Shown: positions 1-8,608 of the stretch, piece after piece | Numbering within the stretch: the stretch's first letter is position 1 | How the letters are laid out: every line of letters starts with the position of its first letter | Assembly (NCBI GenBank): GCA_003640645.1 | Contig: QGHH01000002.1 | Span: forward strand, 88,180-112,179 | From: Fredinandcohnia aciditolerans | GTDB taxonomy: Bacteria; Bacillota; Bacilli; Bacillales; Bacillaceae_L | Direction: 5' to 3' | Length of the DNA: 24,000 nt | The notes under the pieces: model-generated | Database searches by the model: none | Told to the model about the DNA's origin: nothing | What the model saw: only the letters and a program-made list of their open reading frames with translations | Program-made: the position numbers and the translations under genes

Positions 1-1
1 T

Positions 2-562
2 CCTCCCGTTATTGAAGATGTTCTAGAGCTTCTTGACGAGGGGGATGTTATAACACATTGTTATCATGGGAAAATTGGTACTCCTTGGAAATCTAATGGA
101 CTCCCCGTGATGGCATTAGAAAAGGCTTTGGCAAGGGGGGTGAAAATGGACATAGGTCACGGAGCGGCAAGTTTTAATTTTGATGTATGCCACAAAGCAA
201 TTCATAATGGATATTTCCCGTTTTCAATTAGTACTGATGTGCATATCCGTAATATTCAAGGACCAGTTTATGATCTGGCTACAACTATGACGAAAACTTT
301 GCATTGTGGATTATCGCTAATGGATATTATTGCATCTGTCACACTCGCACCTTCAGAAGTCCTTGGTATAAAGAATTGGTGCAGACTAGATGGAATAATA
401 ACGAATGCGACGCTATTCCGAATTTCGCATGATCCAGTAAGAAATAGAGAAATTAAGGATTCAAATGGAACAACTATACAATTAGATCGACATATTGTTC
501 CAACAGGAGTGATTACTGAAAAAGGCTTTAAATCCATAGTAGGAGAAAAAAGTATAGTTTAG
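2..562 (+). CDS. Metal-dependent amidohydrolase/deacetylase-family protein, C-terminal part (5' end lies outside the window)
   Basis: The frame is open from base 2 (PPVIEDVLELLDEGDVITHCYHGK...) into the listed 107..562 ORF. THCYHG, DIGHGAASFNF and STDVH strands resemble the metal-ligand strands of dihydroorotase-like amidohydrolases. The gene ends 31 nt before the next gene. Confidence 0.7.
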   Translation, partial: PPVIEDVLELLDEGDVITHCYHGKIGTPWKSNGLPVMALEKALARGVKMDIGHGAASFNFDVCHKAIHNGYFPFSISTDVHIRNIQGPVYDLATTMTKTLHCGLSLMDIIASVTLAPSEVLGIKNWCRLDGIITNATLFRISHDPVRNREIKDSNGTTIQLDRHIVPTGVITEKGFKSIVGEKSIV

Positions 563-593
563 TATTTTCATAATTAAGGGAGGGGTTTTTTAC

Positions 594-2111
594 ATGAAAA
601 AGGCATTATCGATAATTTTGATATTACTAGTCATCTTGACTGGGTGTACCTCTAATAACACTAGTTCAGGTGATGAGAAGGAGAAGGAGAAGGACAGTAG
701 TGAAAAAGAGCTAGTTGTGGCCCAAGTATCTGATGCAAGTACAATGGACCCACAAAACCAAGGTAGCATGCCAGATATGAATATTTTAATTAATATCTTT
801 GACACGCTGGTGACACGTGATGAAAATAATAATCTTGCACCAAGTTTAGCAACGGAATGGGAAGCAATTGATGATACAACTTGGCAATTCAAGCTTCGAG
901 ATGATGTGACGTTCCACAACGGGGAGAAGTTCGATGCCGAGACAGTAAAATATAGTATTGAAAGATTAAATAGTTTGAATGAAATTGTTGAACTCCGTAA
1001 TGTGAAGGAGGTCAATGTGGTTGATGAGTATACCGTTAATATTGTAACGGAAGCTCCAGATCCAATTCTCCCTAACAAAACAGTTCTTTTCGGTGGGGTA
1101 ATGGTACCGAAACAATATATTGAAGAGGAAGGCGAGGATAACTTCGCAAAGAATCCGGTAGGAACTGGCCCGTTCAAATTTGTTTCGTGGAAAAAGGATA
1201 ATGAGGTTGTCTTGGAAGCAAATGATGACTATTTTAAAGGCGCACCGGAAATCGATAAATTAGTGTTTAGAACAATTCCAAATATCGCCGATATGGTAGC
1301 TGCTGCGAAGACGGGTGAAATTGATATCGCAACAGGTCTAACATCTGACGTTGCGATACAGCTTGAAGGTGATCAAAATATTAGCGTTGTTGCTGCAGAC
1401 TGGATTCGTACATTCTATCTTGTAATTGATACAACAAAGGATGGTCCATTAGCGAAGAAGGAAGTACGTCAGGCTATGAATCATGCAGTAAATATACAGC
1501 AAATTATAGATACAGTACTTGGCGGATATGCCAAACGTGTAGCTACATTAATTCCATCACAGAACTTTGGAGTTGACTCAGATATTAAGCCTTTTGAATA
1601 TGACCTTGAAAAAGCTAAAGAGCTATTGGCACAAGCAGGATATCCAGATGGTTTCGAAGTAGATTTAGATGCTGCTAATACAGATTCAGCGATTGTTCAA
1701 GCAATTGCAGCGGAATTAGAAAAAGTCGGCATTAAAGTAAAAGTAAACTTAATGGATCGTACCACACTTATGAGTAATATAACGGCTAAAACCTCAGCAC
1801 CCCTTTACTATTTAGGTAATACTGGCTGGACAATGGATGCGATTAGTAACTTCCAATCTTATATCAAGAGTGACCGACGATATAATGTCTGGAAAAATGA
1901 TGAAGCAGACCAGCTAATGGATGTTCAAGAGCAAAATATAGATCCAGAAATTCGACAAGAAGCATTAACTGGAATTCAAGAGCTTCTTATTGAAGAAGCA
2001 CCATATGTATATTTGTGGCAACTTGATGGTCTATATGCGATGAGTAATGATGTTGAGTGGGAACCAAACGTAATAGGCGTATTAAATATGTATAATGCAT
2101 CACTAAAATAA
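594..2111 (+). CDS. ABC transporter substrate-binding lipoprotein, family 5 (Dpp/Opp/Nik peptide-type)
   Basis: A GGGAGGGG RBS lies just upstream. The signal peptide carries a lipobox (MKKALSIILILLVILTGC) and is followed by a Ser/Glu/Lys-rich tether. The 505-aa length and NPVGTGPFKF-type motif are typical of SBP_bac_5 proteins. Confidence 0.9.
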   Translation: MKKALSIILILLVILTGCTSNNTSSGDEKEKEKDSSEKELVVAQVSDASTMDPQNQGSMPDMNILINIFDTLVTRDENNNLAPSLATEWEAIDDTTWQFKLRDDVTFHNGEKFDAETVKYSIERLNSLNEIVELRNVKEVNVVDEYTVNIVTEAPDPILPNKTVLFGGVMVPKQYIEEEGEDNFAKNPVGTGPFKFVSWKKDNEVVLEANDDYFKGAPEIDKLVFRTIPNIADMVAAAKTGEIDIATGLTSDVAIQLEGDQNISVVAADWIRTFYLVIDTTKDGPLAKKEVRQAMNHAVNIQQIIDTVLGGYAKRVATLIPSQNFGVDSDIKPFEYDLEKAKELLAQAGYPDGFEVDLDAANTDSAIVQAIAAELEKVGIKVKVNLMDRTTLMSNITAKTSAPLYYLGNTGWTMDAISNFQSYIKSDRRYNVWKNDEADQLMDVQEQNIDPEIRQEALTGIQELLIEEAPYVYLWQLDGLYAMSNDVEWEPNVIGVLNMYNASLK

Positions 2112-2125
2112 TCAAACAATGGGAG

Positions 2126-3052
2126 GTGAAATCTTTGTTATCATATATACTTCGTCGCTGCTTATATGCAATTTTTGTCTTATTTGGAGTAGCAACAGTA
2201 GTGTTTTTCATTACTAGAATGACAGGTGATCCGGTAGCGATTATGTTGCCTCCCGATGCAACTGTTGAGCAAATGGAAGAATTACGAATAGAGCTTGGCA
2301 TGGATAAGCCTTTACTAACTCAATACGGTATATTCATTTGGGATTTACTTCACTTTGATTTAGGAGAATCCTTACGATACGATGATTCAACTCTTAAACT
2401 AATTTTGGAACGGTTACCTGCAACCCTTCAACTAGCCTCTACATCATTAATTATTGCATTGCTCGTTTCCATTCCAGCTGGAATTATCTCAGCACTTAAG
2501 CAAGGTTCTTTGTTTGATCGCTTAATCATGTCATTTGTGCTAATTGGGCAATCCTTTCCAGTATTTTGGGTGGGTATATTGCTCATCCTCTTTTTCTCTG
2601 TTTCATTGGGGCTTCTGCCAACCGGAGGTATTGGCGGTTGGGAGCATTTAATATTACCAGCATTTGCACTAGGCCTGCACATGATGGCATTAATTACAAG
2701 ATTACTGCGTTCCTCATTAATTGAAGTGCTTAGCTCGGATTATATTCGGACAGCTAGGGCAAAGGGGTTACTATCCTTTAAAGTTATAGCTAAACATGCA
2801 TTACGAAATAGTCTATTACCTGTTGTTACAATAGTAGGATTACAGGTTGGTGCTCTATTAGGAGGATCTGTTGTAACTGAAATGGTGTTTGCGTGGCCAG
2901 GTGTTGGTCAAATGATTATTCAGGCAATTAACTTTCGTGATTTTCCATTAGTTCAAACAGCCATCATTTTATTAGCAGGAATATTTGTGTTAATTAATCT
3001 GATTGTGGACTTACTATATGTTGTTATTGATCCACGCATTCATTACAAGTAG
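2126..3052 (+). CDS. ABC transporter permease, DppB/OppB-type
   Basis: Multi-TM protein with the ...DYIRTARAKGL... EAA-loop signature of DppB/OppB permeases. The track start (GTG 2126) sits inside the GGGAGG RBS (2121-2126), so TTG at 2135 (MLSYILRR...) is the better-spaced start. Confidence 0.9.
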   Translation: MKSLLSYILRRCLYAIFVLFGVATVVFFITRMTGDPVAIMLPPDATVEQMEELRIELGMDKPLLTQYGIFIWDLLHFDLGESLRYDDSTLKLILERLPATLQLASTSLIIALLVSIPAGIISALKQGSLFDRLIMSFVLIGQSFPVFWVGILLILFFSVSLGLLPTGGIGGWEHLILPAFALGLHMMALITRLLRSSLIEVLSSDYIRTARAKGLLSFKVIAKHALRNSLLPVVTIVGLQVGALLGGSVVTEMVFAWPGVGQMIIQAINFRDFPLVQTAIILLAGIFVLINLIVDLLYVVIDPRIHYK

Positions 3053-3066
3053 AAAGGGGGATACTT

Positions 3067-3912
3067 ATGGCTAAGAAAAAACGTAAAGGAAACATAGGTA
3101 ATCTCTTTAACTGGTTTTCTATCATTACTCTTGTACTATTTATCATAATTGCAGTGTTCGCACCACTAATTGCTCCCCATGATCCGAATGCACAAAACTT
3201 ATTAGCACGTTTGAAACCACCAATTTGGGCAGAAGGCGCGGAACCCGGCTATTTATTGGGTACAGATAATCTCGGTCGTGATATATTAAGTCGAGTTATT
3301 TACGGAACACGCATATCTATTTTAGTTGGTCTTCTAGCTGTTGTAATATCGGGAACGATTGGTGTATTTATTGGATTATTATCAGGATATTATCGAATTT
3401 TCGATGGTTTTATGATGAGAATTGCAGATATCCAATTAGCGTTTCCTACTATTCTATTAGCACTTGCGATTGTTGCTGTACTTGGTGGTGGATTAGGAAA
3501 TCTTATTATCGTGTTAGGTATAACCGGCTGGGTTGAATATGCAAGGGTCATTCGTTCTGAGGTTCTTAGTATGAAAACAAGCGACTTTGTTGTTGCAGCA
3601 AGTACAATTGGTGCAAGTGATGGGAGGTTATTATTCCGACATATCCTCCCGAATATTTTAGCACCTATAATAACAATTGCTACATTCCATGTGGCAGCTA
3701 CAATTATTGCAGAATCCTCCCTGAGTTTCCTAGGGCTAGGAGTACCAATCAGTATACCAAGCTGGGGAAATATGCTTAGTGAAGGTCAGTTATATGTTAG
3801 CTCTGCCTGGTGGATGTCGCTCTTCCCAGGCTTAATGATTATGTTTGTCGTTTTAGCTATTAATATATTAGGAGATTATATCCGAGAAGGTTTTAATCCC
3901 AATGCCAAATAA
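3067..3912 (+). CDS. ABC transporter permease, DppC/OppC-type
   Basis: A GGGGGA RBS lies upstream. The N-terminal anchor is followed by a LIAPHDP motif characteristic of DppC/OppC, and then a BPD_transp_1-like polytopic core. Confidence 0.9.
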   Translation: MAKKKRKGNIGNLFNWFSIITLVLFIIIAVFAPLIAPHDPNAQNLLARLKPPIWAEGAEPGYLLGTDNLGRDILSRVIYGTRISILVGLLAVVISGTIGVFIGLLSGYYRIFDGFMMRIADIQLAFPTILLALAIVAVLGGGLGNLIIVLGITGWVEYARVIRSEVLSMKTSDFVVAASTIGASDGRLLFRHILPNILAPIITIATFHVAATIIAESSLSFLGLGVPISIPSWGNMLSEGQLYVSSAWWMSLFPGLMIMFVVLAINILGDYIREGFNPNAK

Positions 3913-3927
3913 TTAGGAGGATATATC

Positions 3928-5184
3928 ATGTCTTGGTCATATGCGACTCACTATGTATGCGATCGATGTACAGCCGATTTTTCACTATCTCTCCCTTTAA
4001 ATACATGTCCGCGTTGTGGTGGTTTACTGGAAGTACAATACGATTTACAACAAATGAAGCAGGATATATCCCCCGATATATTCAAGGGACGTGGAAATTC
4101 CATGTGGCGCTGGCACGAGTTTTATCCATTAAAGGAAGTTGAAAATATAGTATCACTGGGAGAAGGTGGCACGCCCTTAATAAAGTCTGTCTACGCAGCA
4201 AAAGAGCTCGGAATGAGAAATCTTTATTTTAAAAATGATACCTTAATGCCAACTGGAAGTTTTAAAGACCGTGGTTTCAGTCTTGCTATTAGCTTTGCTA
4301 AGGAATTGGGGATAACGAAGGGCCTAACGTATAGTTCTGGTAATGCTGGGGCATCTTTTGCAGCTTATTCTTCACGGGCTGCAATTGATGCAACTGTACT
4401 TGTCGAATATTTAGCCAATCCCGTGAAAAAGGCGATAATCTCCTTATATGGTGCCAATGTCGCAACACTTCATTTTAATAACTTTGAAGAGATTACTAAA
4501 ATGCTGGAACTGGCTGTCCAAGAGCTTGGCTTATACCAGTTTGTTAATTTTATTAATCCTATTAGACATGAAGCAATGAAGAGTTATGCATATGAGATAA
4601 GTGAGGAGTTTAGCTGGCAGGCACCAGATTTCATGGTTCATCCAGTTGGAACAGGTGGGGGAATCTATGGAGCTTGGAAGGGGTTTCGAGAATTAAAAAC
4701 GCTTGGGTGGATAAATACATTACCAAGGATGGTAGCTGTACAACCCGAAGCAACTGGGCCAATTACGAGAGCATATCAAAGTGGGAAAAGAAAAGCAGTA
4801 AAACATGGTGATTCGTCAAAAACAATTGCCCAAAGTATTTCTGGAAATGCACCCATTCAAGACGGTGAACGTGTATTAAATACTATTTACGACTCAGGTG
4901 GCTTTGCGGAAAATGTGTCTGATGCTGAAATAGTAGAAGCAGTACGCTGGCTTGGTCATGATGGAATATGCGCCGAACCAGCATCTGCAGCATCTTTAGC
5001 AGCAGTTAAAAAGAGTGTTGAAGACGGTCGAATACAACCAAATGACACAGTGGTATGTGTCATTACTGGTAGTGGTCTGAAACAAGCATCCATTATTGAA
5101 CAGTCTGCCCAAGTTTCTACACATAAGTTAAATGCTACTATTAGTGAACTTGAAGCATTGATCGCACAAATAAACCGGACATAA
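3928..5184 (+). CDS. Threonine-synthase-like fold-type II PLP-dependent enzyme with N-terminal Cys4 ribbon
   Basis: AGGAGG RBS upstream. The N-terminus carries CDRC-x18-CPRC. Further motifs are the PLP-lysine motif PTGSFKDRG, the SSGNAGAS and GTGGG loops, and a C-terminal AEPASAAS...ITGSGLK. This pattern matches the ThrC subfamily but diverges from the canonical STGNTSAS/GNAGN motifs. Confidence 0.8.
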   Translation: MSWSYATHYVCDRCTADFSLSLPLNTCPRCGGLLEVQYDLQQMKQDISPDIFKGRGNSMWRWHEFYPLKEVENIVSLGEGGTPLIKSVYAAKELGMRNLYFKNDTLMPTGSFKDRGFSLAISFAKELGITKGLTYSSGNAGASFAAYSSRAAIDATVLVEYLANPVKKAIISLYGANVATLHFNNFEEITKMLELAVQELGLYQFVNFINPIRHEAMKSYAYEISEEFSWQAPDFMVHPVGTGGGIYGAWKGFRELKTLGWINTLPRMVAVQPEATGPITRAYQSGKRKAVKHGDSSKTIAQSISGNAPIQDGERVLNTIYDSGGFAENVSDAEIVEAVRWLGHDGICAEPASAASLAAVKKSVEDGRIQPNDTVVCVITGSGLKQASIIEQSAQVSTHKLNATISELEALIAQINRT

Positions 5185-5198
5185 AAAGGAGAGATTTT

Positions 5199-6356
5199 AT
5201 GTCAAATGTAAGTCAGGTTATTCAAAGATTAATGGAATGTATGGCACTTAAAAGTCCCACTCCACCAGGAGATGTTGCTGATGTTGCAAATTGGATCGAG
5301 GCATGGGGAAAGGATTTTGGAGCCATCATCGAACGTCAAACAGTAGAACCAGGAAAGGATAATCTAATAATGACTTTAGAGTTCGGTCCAGGACCAACCT
5401 TGGTGTTCAATTCACACATGGATGTGAACAATCCAAAGGGTCAAAAGTGGAGTAATCCTCCATTCGAACCTAAGATTAAAGGTAATCGTTTATACGGACT
5501 TGGAGCATGTGATGCCAAGGGAAGTCTTGTAAGCATGATTGCAGCCATGGAACGGCTTACCGGAAATCAGAATGAACTTAGCGGAAAACTCATATTGACG
5601 GCTGTAATGGGAGAAGAAGCTGGGGGACTAGGTAGTTTACACCTAGTCAATCAGGGTATAGAAGCAGATGGGGCTGTAGTAGGTGAACCGACACATTTAG
5701 AGGTTTGTACTGCTCACAAAGGTACATACATGAGAAGGCTAGGTTTTCGAGGACTAGAATCACACTCAGGAAGACCTGATTTAGGCATTAATTCTATTGT
5801 CCATGCCGCACATTTTGTCTTGGAATATGAGAAGTTAAATAAACAACTGATTCGACTTCCACACCCTTTACTTGGTCCTGCAAGTGCAGAAGTAACGATT
5901 ATCCAAGGTGGTACAAGACAGAACACTATACCAGGTTACACCGAAATGATTATTGATCGACGGCTCCTACCCGGAGAAACACATGCTAAGGCAGATCGAG
6001 AGTTAGATAGGGTTCTAGCAAATATCAAAGAAACTGTATCTGATTTACATATTGAAAAAATAGAGACGGTAGTAGCAACGATTCCATCAGAGACACATTC
6101 TTCAGAGAAGATTGTTGAAGTGGCACTCAATACTATAAACAATGTAACAGAATCAATTCATCAACTGAAAGGATTTCCGGCAGGATGTGATATGAGTAAG
6201 CTTGTTACCATTGCTAATATTCCGACTGTTATTATCGGACCGGGGAGTTTGAAGCAAGCACATGCTCCAAACGAGTTCGTTGAGATAACCCAGGTGGAAC
6301 AAGCCGTTGATATCTATGAAAATATAGCGCGAAGTTTCTTGAAGAAGGTGAAGTAA
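5199..6356 (+). CDS. M20-family metallopeptidase/deacylase (ArgE/DapE/ACY1-like)
   Basis: AAGGAGAG RBS upstream. Metal-ligand motifs are NSHMDV, GACDAKG and MGEEAGG, with a central dimerisation-domain-sized insert. The length is 385 aa. Confidence 0.85.
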   Translation: MSNVSQVIQRLMECMALKSPTPPGDVADVANWIEAWGKDFGAIIERQTVEPGKDNLIMTLEFGPGPTLVFNSHMDVNNPKGQKWSNPPFEPKIKGNRLYGLGACDAKGSLVSMIAAMERLTGNQNELSGKLILTAVMGEEAGGLGSLHLVNQGIEADGAVVGEPTHLEVCTAHKGTYMRRLGFRGLESHSGRPDLGINSIVHAAHFVLEYEKLNKQLIRLPHPLLGPASAEVTIIQGGTRQNTIPGYTEMIIDRRLLPGETHAKADRELDRVLANIKETVSDLHIEKIETVVATIPSETHSSEKIVEVALNTINNVTESIHQLKGFPAGCDMSKLVTIANIPTVIIGPGSLKQAHAPNEFVEITQVEQAVDIYENIARSFLKKVK

Positions 6357-7406
6357 ATGATGAATGTTGTAAAGTTACTTGAACAAGCAAGAAATAATAA
6401 GTCTTTTTCAGGAGCTGTGTTTGCATATGGAAATTCCCATGAAATAGTGGCACAAGGTGCAATAGGAACATTAGTATGGGGTGGCCAAAAGACAGAAATT
6501 GATAGTTTGTGGGATTTGGCTTCCGTTACAAAACCGCTAGTTGCCCTTGCTCTTATGAAGCTTTTTGAACAAGGTGTGCTTTCACTCGAAGATACTATCT
6601 CCTATTTTCTACCGAGCTATGAGGGGACAGATAAGGCTGAGATTACGCTGTTTGAATTACTAGCACATACAAGCGGGATACCAGGTCAGCAGCCCTTATA
6701 CAAACATGCAAAGACAGTGGAAGATATGAAAGTGGCCGTCCGGCAATTGCCCCTTAGACATGAACGAGGAACTTATGTAGAATACACATCCCAGGGGTTT
6801 ATGATTGTAGGAGATATCATTGAACAAGTAGTGGATAAGAGGCTTGATGAAGCAATGAATGAGCTCGTTTTTCATCCTATTGGAGTAAAGAATACCCTAT
6901 TTAATCCACCAGTAATGTTAAAAAATCGAATTGCTGCAACCGAAAACTGTCCATGGCGAAACCAAATGGTAAAAGGTCAGGTACATGATGAAAACTGTGT
7001 GGTGCTAGGAGGGGTTGCAGGTCATGCAGGGTTATTCGGAACGGCGGAAGATTTGTCCACTATTTGTCAAATGATGTTACGAAAGGGTGCAACAGACCAA
7101 GAAGACTACCTAAAGGCTCCTACTGTTAGGGTTATGACTAATAATTTTACATCTTCATTGAATCTAGCTAGAGCATTAGGTTGGCAGGCCAAAGATCAAC
7201 ATGGTTCTCCAGCAGGAGATCTCTTTTCTCCATCCTCTTATGGCCATACTGGTTTTACAGGAACAAGTATCTGGATGGATCCAGAAAAAGATCTATTTGC
7301 CGTTCTGCTAACAAATCGTGTTCACCCAACACGTGAGAATCATTCTATTCAACGTATACGCCGTCTTTTTCACAATCTAGTTGTACTTAATATGGATAAT
7401 AATTAA
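6357..7406 (+). CDS. Serine hydrolase of the class-C beta-lactamase / D-aminopeptidase / esterase fold
   Basis: The ATG directly abuts the previous stop (TAAATG). Motifs are the S-x-x-K nucleophile (ASVTKP), a Y-x-x second motif (EYTSQG) and the GHTGFTGTS third motif typical of the Beta-lactamase (PF00144-like) family. Confidence 0.85.
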   Translation: MMNVVKLLEQARNNKSFSGAVFAYGNSHEIVAQGAIGTLVWGGQKTEIDSLWDLASVTKPLVALALMKLFEQGVLSLEDTISYFLPSYEGTDKAEITLFELLAHTSGIPGQQPLYKHAKTVEDMKVAVRQLPLRHERGTYVEYTSQGFMIVGDIIEQVVDKRLDEAMNELVFHPIGVKNTLFNPPVMLKNRIAATENCPWRNQMVKGQVHDENCVVLGGVAGHAGLFGTAEDLSTICQMMLRKGATDQEDYLKAPTVRVMTNNFTSSLNLARALGWQAKDQHGSPAGDLFSPSSYGHTGFTGTSIWMDPEKDLFAVLLTNRVHPTRENHSIQRIRRLFHNLVVLNMDNN

Positions 7407-7419
7407 TTTGGAGGGATAT

Positions 7420-7797
7420 ATGGTGAAAGAAGGTATTGTAACAAGTCAAGCACCCACTCCAGTGGGGGCATATTCACAAGCAGTAAAGGTTGGTAATCGA
7501 GTTTATGTAGCAGGTCAAGGGCCAAAAAATCCTGAAACAGGAGAAACACCAGCAACAATAAAAGAACAAACAAGACAGGTGTTGCATAATATCCAACAAA
7601 TATTGGAGGCGGCAGGCGCAAAAATGTCCGATGTTGTCAAAGTGACAGCACATTTATCCGATTTAAAGTATTTTGACGAATATAACGAAGTTTATTGGGA
7701 GTTTTTCAGTGAACCGTATCCAGTTCGTACAACAGTTGGAAGTCAGTTGATGGATATACTTGTGGAGATTGATGTGATTGCAGAAATCATTGACTAA
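7420..7797 (+). CDS. RidA/YjgF/L-PSP-family reactive-intermediate (enamine/imine) deaminase
   Basis: APTPVGAYSQAVKVGNRVYVAGQ... and the C-terminal ...VEIDVIAE are hallmarks of the RidA family. ATG 7420 is preceded by GGAGGG (7410-7415). The track start TTG 7381 overlaps the upstream gene and lacks an RBS. Confidence 0.9.
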   Translation: MVKEGIVTSQAPTPVGAYSQAVKVGNRVYVAGQGPKNPETGETPATIKEQTRQVLHNIQQILEAAGAKMSDVVKVTAHLSDLKYFDEYNEVYWEFFSEPYPVRTTVGSQLMDILVEIDVIAEIID

Positions 7798-7866
7798 ATC
7801 TTCAATTGGAGTAAAATCAAATCATTATCTAAGAAAAACAGTGGAATGTGAATCGAGGTAAAGGCA

Positions 7867-8502
7867 GTGGAAAATATAAAAGATGAATTGGAGTTACTCA
7901 AAAAAATCATCAAAGGAATAAGTGCACAATTTGGGGATAAATGTGAAGTGGTCCTCCATGATTTAACGGGTGATTACGAGAATTCTATCGTGGCGATTGA
8001 AAATCCTACGATTACTGGTCGTAAAATCGGAGACAGTGGCACAAATTTAGGTCTTGAGGTTCTTCGTGGAACAGTAAAGGATGGAGATCGTTATAATTAT
8101 ATTACACATACAAAGAGTGGTAAGATTCTAAGGTCAACCTCCATATATATTAATAATAGTGAAGGTACACCTATTGGTGCAATCTGTATAAATCTTGATA
8201 TCTCTGATTTAATTATGGCAGAAAAAACAATCCAATCAATCACTATGCATAGTCTAAATTCAGAGGTGAAAGAGGTCTTTGTAGAAGATGTAAATGAGCT
8301 CCTAGAATACCTCATTCAGGAGTGCCAAAAGGAAATCGGTAAACCAGTTGTCCATATGACAAAGGAAGATAAGATACAAGCGATTAAATACCTAGACAAA
8401 CGCGGTGCCTTCTTAATTAAAAAGGCAGGGGATCATGTATGCCGCTTTTTAGACATTTCTAAATACACATTATATACCTACCTAGACAATGGTCGTGAGT
8501 AA
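7867..8502 (+). CDS. YheO-like PAS-domain transcriptional regulator with C-terminal HTH
   Basis: The N-terminal ...GDKCEVVLHDL... segment is typical of YheO-like sensor domains. The C-terminal ...KEDKIQAIKYLDKRGAFLIKKAGDHVCRFLDISKYTLYTYL is an HTH_22-like motif. The GTG start follows GAGGTAAAGG. Confidence 0.7.
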   Translation: MENIKDELELLKKIIKGISAQFGDKCEVVLHDLTGDYENSIVAIENPTITGRKIGDSGTNLGLEVLRGTVKDGDRYNYITHTKSGKILRSTSIYINNSEGTPIGAICINLDISDLIMAEKTIQSITMHSLNSEVKEVFVEDVNELLEYLIQECQKEIGKPVVHMTKEDKIQAIKYLDKRGAFLIKKAGDHVCRFLDISKYTLYTYLDNGRE

Positions 8503-8516
8503 TACTTCTGGGTTTA

Positions 8517-8553
8517 CTGGGTCACAGTGACACCCCGAAATTTGTCGGAGGTT
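8517..8553. repeat. Intergenic repeat, degenerate copy D (half hairpin plus CGAAATTTGTCGGAGGTT motif)
   Basis: CTGGGTCACAGTGACACCCC matches the left half of the 31-nt repeat at 15861 and 19621. GGTCAC-N10-CGAAATTTGTCGGAGGTT aligns, with identical spacing, to 18116-18149 (GGTCAC-N10-CGAAGTTTGTCGAAGATT). Confidence 0.7.
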
Positions 8554-8576
8554 GCGAGCTAGAATGGAGAATCATA

Positions 8577-8605
8577 AAAAGAGAGCTATTAAGAAGCTCT
8601 CTTTT
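8577..8605. terminator. Bidirectional rho-independent terminator between convergent genes
   Basis: An 11-bp stem, AAAAGAGAGCT (8577-8587) / AGCTCTCTTTT (8595-8605), encloses the 7-nt loop ATTAAGA. The A-tract and T-tract give a U-run in both orientations. It lies 75 nt after the + gene stop and 4 nt after the - gene stop. Confidence 0.8.
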
Positions 8606-8608
8606 ACA

